DNA from: Candidatus Binatia bacterium
GTDB taxonomy: Bacteria > Desulfobacterota > Binatia > DP-6
Assembly: GCA_035295465.1 (NCBI GenBank)
Contig: DATGIZ010000042.1
Span: 91,614 to 155,613, forward strand
Direction: 5' to 3'
DNA length: 64,000 bases
In this document: piece by piece, positions 61,430-64,000 of the stretch
How positions within the stretch are numbered: position 1 is the first letter of the stretch
Layout: every line of letters begins with the position of its first letter
Made by a program: the position numbers and the translations under genes
The notes under the pieces: model-generated
What the model was told of the DNA's origin: nothing
The model's input: only the letters and a program-made list of their open reading frames with translations
Databases searched by the model: none

Positions 61430-61855
61430 GTGCGTGTGCGGCCGGCGGTCTCCGCGGTCATCCTGAGCGCGGACGGCGTGCTGCTCCAGCGGCGCGACGA
61501 CAACGGGCTCTGGGGCCTCCCGGGCGGCGCCGTCGAGCCGGGGGAGTCGGTGCGCGAGGCGCTGGCGCGCGAGGTGCGCGAGGAGACCGGCCTCGAGGTC
61601 GAGCCGGTGCGCCTGATCGGGGTGTACTCGGCGCCCGAGCATCACCAGATCGTCACCTACCCCGACGGCAACGTGACCCACTACGTCAGCACGGTGCTCG
61701 AGTGCGTGATCGTCGGCGGGCGGCTCGCCTGCGGGCCCGAGTCGCTCGCGCTCGCGTGGCACGATCCCGACGCGCTCGGCGAGGAGGTCATGCCCGTCGT
61801 CCGCATCCGCATCCGCGACGCGCTCGCCCGCGAGGCCGCGGCGTTCGTGCGCTAG
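61430..61855 (+). CDS. NUDIX hydrolase.
   Basis: The Nudix box is [26 protein letters not shown]. The start is GTG. Confidence 0.75.
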   Translation: MRVRPAVSAVILSADGVLLQRRDDNGLWGLPGGAVEPGESVREALAREVREETGLEVEPVRLIGVYSAPEHHQIVTYPDGNVTHYVSTVLECVIVGGRLACGPESLALAWHDPDALGEEVMPVVRIRIRDALAREAAAFVR

Positions 61856-63006
61856 ACGAAGGTTGCGGCGACCGAGTCGGCGAAGAGCAGCCCGCGCGCG
61901 GTGAGCCGCAGGTGGCGGCCCGCGGACTCCTCGACGAGGCCGTCGGCGCGCAGGCGCGCGACGTGGGGGAAGACGGCGGCGAGCGGGTGCACGAAGCGGC
62001 GCTCGAACTCGACCAGGTCGACACCGACGATCCGCCGCAGCCCCGTCAGCACGAACTCGCCGCGCGCCTGCGCCGCGGTGAGCCGCTCCTCCTCGGCGAC
62101 GCCGCTGCCCCGCGCTGCGACCGCGGCCCGCCACTCCGCCGGCAGGCGCCGGTTCGCCCAGCGGCGGCCCGGGGCGGGAGCCGCCGCGAACGAGTGGGCG
62201 CCGGCGCCCACGCCGAGGTAGTCCGAGCCGTCCCAGTAGCTCGCGTTGTGGCGCGAGGCGAAGCCCGGCCGCGCCCAGCTCGAGATCTCGTAGCGCTCGT
62301 AGCCCGCGGCTGCGAGCGTCGCGGCCGCCGCCTCGGCCATCGCCGCCTCCGTGGCCTCGTCGACCGTGCGCACGCGCCCGCGCGCCCGCCGCGCGTAGAG
62401 CGGCGTGCCCTCCTCGTAGGTGAGGCCGTAGGCCGAGACGTGCTCGGGGCCGAGCGCGATCGCCCGGGCGAGGTCGGCCTCCCAGTCGGCGCAGGTCGTC
62501 CCCGGGACGGCGAAGATGAGGTCGAGGCTCACGTTGGCGATGCCTGCTGCGCGCGCGGCGGCGACCGCGGCGGCGGTGTCGCCGGGGGTGTGATCGCGGC
62601 CGAGGACGCGCAGCGCCGCCGGCGCGAAGGACTGCGCCCCGAGCGAGAGGCGGTTCACGCCCGCGGCACGGTACCCCGCGAGCCGGCGGCGATCGACGGT
62701 GCCGGGGTTGGCCTCGATCGTCACCTCGGCCGCGGCGACGAGACCGAAGACCGCCGCCGCGGCCTCCAAGATGCGGCCGATCGCCGCAGGCGAGAACAGC
62801 GACGGCGTCCCGCCGCCGAGGTAGACGCTGCGCACGCGCCGGCCCGCCCACGGCTCGGCCGCGCCCCGCGCGGCGATCTCGGCCACCAGCGCTTCGGTGT
62901 ATGCGCCTTCGGGAGGCCGCCGGCTCGCGTACACGTTGAAGTCGCAGTAGGGGCAGATGCGGCGGCACCACGGGACGTGCACGTAGAGCGCGAACGACGT
63001 GCTCAT
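61852..63006 (-). CDS. hemW: Radical SAM family haem chaperone HemW (coproporphyrinogen-III-oxidase-like).
   Basis: It has the CxxxCxxC motif in [16 protein letters not shown] and HemN-like downstream blocks. Its ATG at 63006 forms an ATGA overlap with the upstream HAD gene. Confidence 0.8.
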   Translation of the reverse strand: MSTSFALYVHVPWCRRICPYCDFNVYASRRPPEGAYTEALVAEIAARGAAEPWAGRRVRSVYLGGGTPSLFSPAAIGRILEAAAAVFGLVAAAEVTIEANPGTVDRRRLAGYRAAGVNRLSLGAQSFAPAALRVLGRDHTPGDTAAAVAAARAAGIANVSLDLIFAVPGTTCADWEADLARAIALGPEHVSAYGLTYEEGTPLYARRARGRVRTVDEATEAAMAEAAAATLAAAGYERYEISSWARPGFASRHNASYWDGSDYLGVGAGAHSFAAAPAPGRRWANRRLPAEWRAAVAARGSGVAEEERLTAAQARGEFVLTGLRRIVGVDLVEFERRFVHPLAAVFPHVARLRADGLVEESAGRHLRLTARGLLFADSVAATFV

Positions 63007-63656
63007 CGGGGCGCGTCGAGAAGGGCGGGCAGCACGGCTTCGAGGTCGAGCACCGACGCCACCGTCGCGTCGGCCTCCGCCACGGCGTCGGTGCCCACGT
63101 AGACCGTGCGCATGCCGAGCTGGCGGGCGGCGCGCAGGTTGACCGCCGTGTCCTCGACGAGCACGCAGTCGCGCCCGCGCGCGTGCAGGTCGGCGAGCAC
63201 CGTCTGATAGGCGTGCACGTAGGGCTTGGGCAGGTAGTGCAGGCGCTCCAGCGCATAGAGCCGGAAGAAGAGCGTGCGCACGCCGAGGCGCTCGAGCACG
63301 GTGCGGGCGTGAGCGAGCGACCCGTTGGTGACCGCCACCTTGACGAGCGGGAGGCGGGCGAGCAGCGCAGCGAGCGCCGGGTCGGGTGCGAGCAGGTCGG
63401 CCAGATCGATCGCGTGCACGAAGGCGAGGTAGTCGTCGGGGTCGACGCCGGGCCGGCTCATGAGCCCATGGAGCGTGGTGCCGTATTCCCGCCACATGCG
63501 CCGGCGGGTCCCGTCGACCTCCGCCGCGGGGATGCCCGCGCGCTCGACGAGGTAGCGGTTGATGAGGGCGTCGACGCGCTCGACGACCCCGCACGTGGGC
63601 GCATAGAGCGTGTTGTCGACGTCGAGGAGGAGGAACGGACGCGCCACGCCCGTCAC
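63003..63656 (-). CDS. HAD-family hydrolase (pyrimidine-5'-nucleotidase-like).
   Basis: It has HAD motif I (LLLDVDNTLY) and a C-terminal VEDTAVNL…G motif. Its GTG start forms a GTGA overlap with the lexA stop. Confidence 0.7.
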   Translation of the reverse strand: MTGVARPFLLLDVDNTLYAPTCGVVERVDALINRYLVERAGIPAAEVDGTRRRMWREYGTTLHGLMSRPGVDPDDYLAFVHAIDLADLLAPDPALAALLARLPLVKVAVTNGSLAHARTVLERLGVRTLFFRLYALERLHYLPKPYVHAYQTVLADLHARGRDCVLVEDTAVNLRAARQLGMRTVYVGTDAVAEADATVASVLDLEAVLPALLDAPR

Positions 63657-64000
63657 CGGTAGCGCCGCAGCAGCCCTACCACGACGCCGCGCACGACGAC
63701 GTCCTCGGCCGCGGCCACGATCGGCGCGAGGCGCTCGTTGGCGGGCACGAGGCGCACGCGCCCGCCGCGCTCGCGGTAGAGGCGCTTCACGGTGGCCTCG
63801 CCGCCCACGAGCGCGACGACCGTCGCGCCGTCGGGCGCGTCGGCCCGCGCCTCCACCACCACCAGATCGCCGTCGAGGATGCCGTCGCCGATCATCGAGT
63901 CCCCGCGCACGCGCAGCGCGAAGGTCTCGCCGCGGCCGAGGAGCTCCTCGGGGAGCGCCACCGTCTCGCGCACCTCGACGGGCTCGACGGGCGCGCCGGC
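63653..64000 (-). CDS. lexA: LexA repressor, C-terminal S24 peptidase domain; the N-terminal DNA-binding domain lies beyond the window end.
   Basis: The frame is open to base 64000. It reads …AGAPVEPVEVRETVALPEELLGRGETFALRVRGDSMIGDGILDGDLVVVEAR…KRL… The Ala-Gly cleavage site, the Ser nucleophile (GDSM) and the catalytic Lys region are all visible. Confidence 0.75.
   Translation of the reverse strand, partial: AGAPVEPVEVRETVALPEELLGRGETFALRVRGDSMIGDGILDGDLVVVEARADAPDGATVVALVGGEATVKRLYRERGGRVRLVPANERLAPIVAAAEDVVVRGVVVGLLRRYR

Overview
This 64 kb window has a very high GC content (about 70-72%). It is almost entirely protein-coding on both strands; I found no rRNA, tRNA, CRISPR array or recognisable IS/transposon. 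Because GC is so high, every region carries long 'shadow' ORFs on the opposite strand, so I called genes only where the translation shows recognisable family motifs, signal peptides or a plausible start context.

The likely source is a diderm with LPS. It carries kdsB-pyrG-kdsA-kdsD, an lpxL-like gene and lptC-lptA-lptB. It also has rpoN together with hprK, ptsN and ptsH. A secreted FG-GAP protein carries Myxococcus-type Cys-rich repeats. Together these suggest a Myxococcota/deltaproteobacteria-like lineage, but this is an inference only.

The main blocks are:
- a partial molybdopterin oxidoreductase, a two-domain family-III CoA-transferase and an unknown gene;
- a 1138-aa secreted beta-helix/Ig-like adhesin-like protein;
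- a DEAD-box helicase and a degenerate LeuD-like protein;
- an M16 peptidase translationally coupled to a secreted unknown protein;
- an Ala/Ser/Thr-rich orphan gene with a sigma-54-like promoter match;
- quinone oxidoreductase, an NTF2-like protein and an acyl-CoA synthetase;
- a lower-GC islet with a glycine-zipper lipoprotein, next to an HDOD protein;
- two separate tandem pairs of acyl-CoA dehydrogenases, an amidase, DNA polymerase II and a hybrid histidine kinase;
- a TenA/PqqC-like protein and the FG-GAP/Cys-rich secreted protein;
- a long minus-strand gene string (MaoC-like hydratase, lipoprotein, small protein, enoyl-CoA hydratase) followed directly by the imuA-imuB-dnaE2 mutasome cassette;
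- an SDR dehydrogenase and an otsA-unknown-treT trehalose cluster;
- an esterase and a thioredoxin-TPR protein;
- the kds/pyrG/lpt/rpoN/hpf/ptsN/hprK/rapZ/EIIA/ptsH supra-operon;
- metK-ahcY, a NUDIX hydrolase, and a lexA-HAD-hemW operon whose lexA is cut by the window end.

The most interesting feature is the SOS mutagenesis cassette. It sits 32 nt after a lipid-catabolic gene run, its only upstream spacer is an AT-rich tandem direct repeat, and lexA and polB are in the same window. Other points worth a second look are the alanine-substituted LeuD homolog, the trehalose cluster with an unknown middle gene, and the three convergent gene pairs whose stop codons share a CTAG tetranucleotide.
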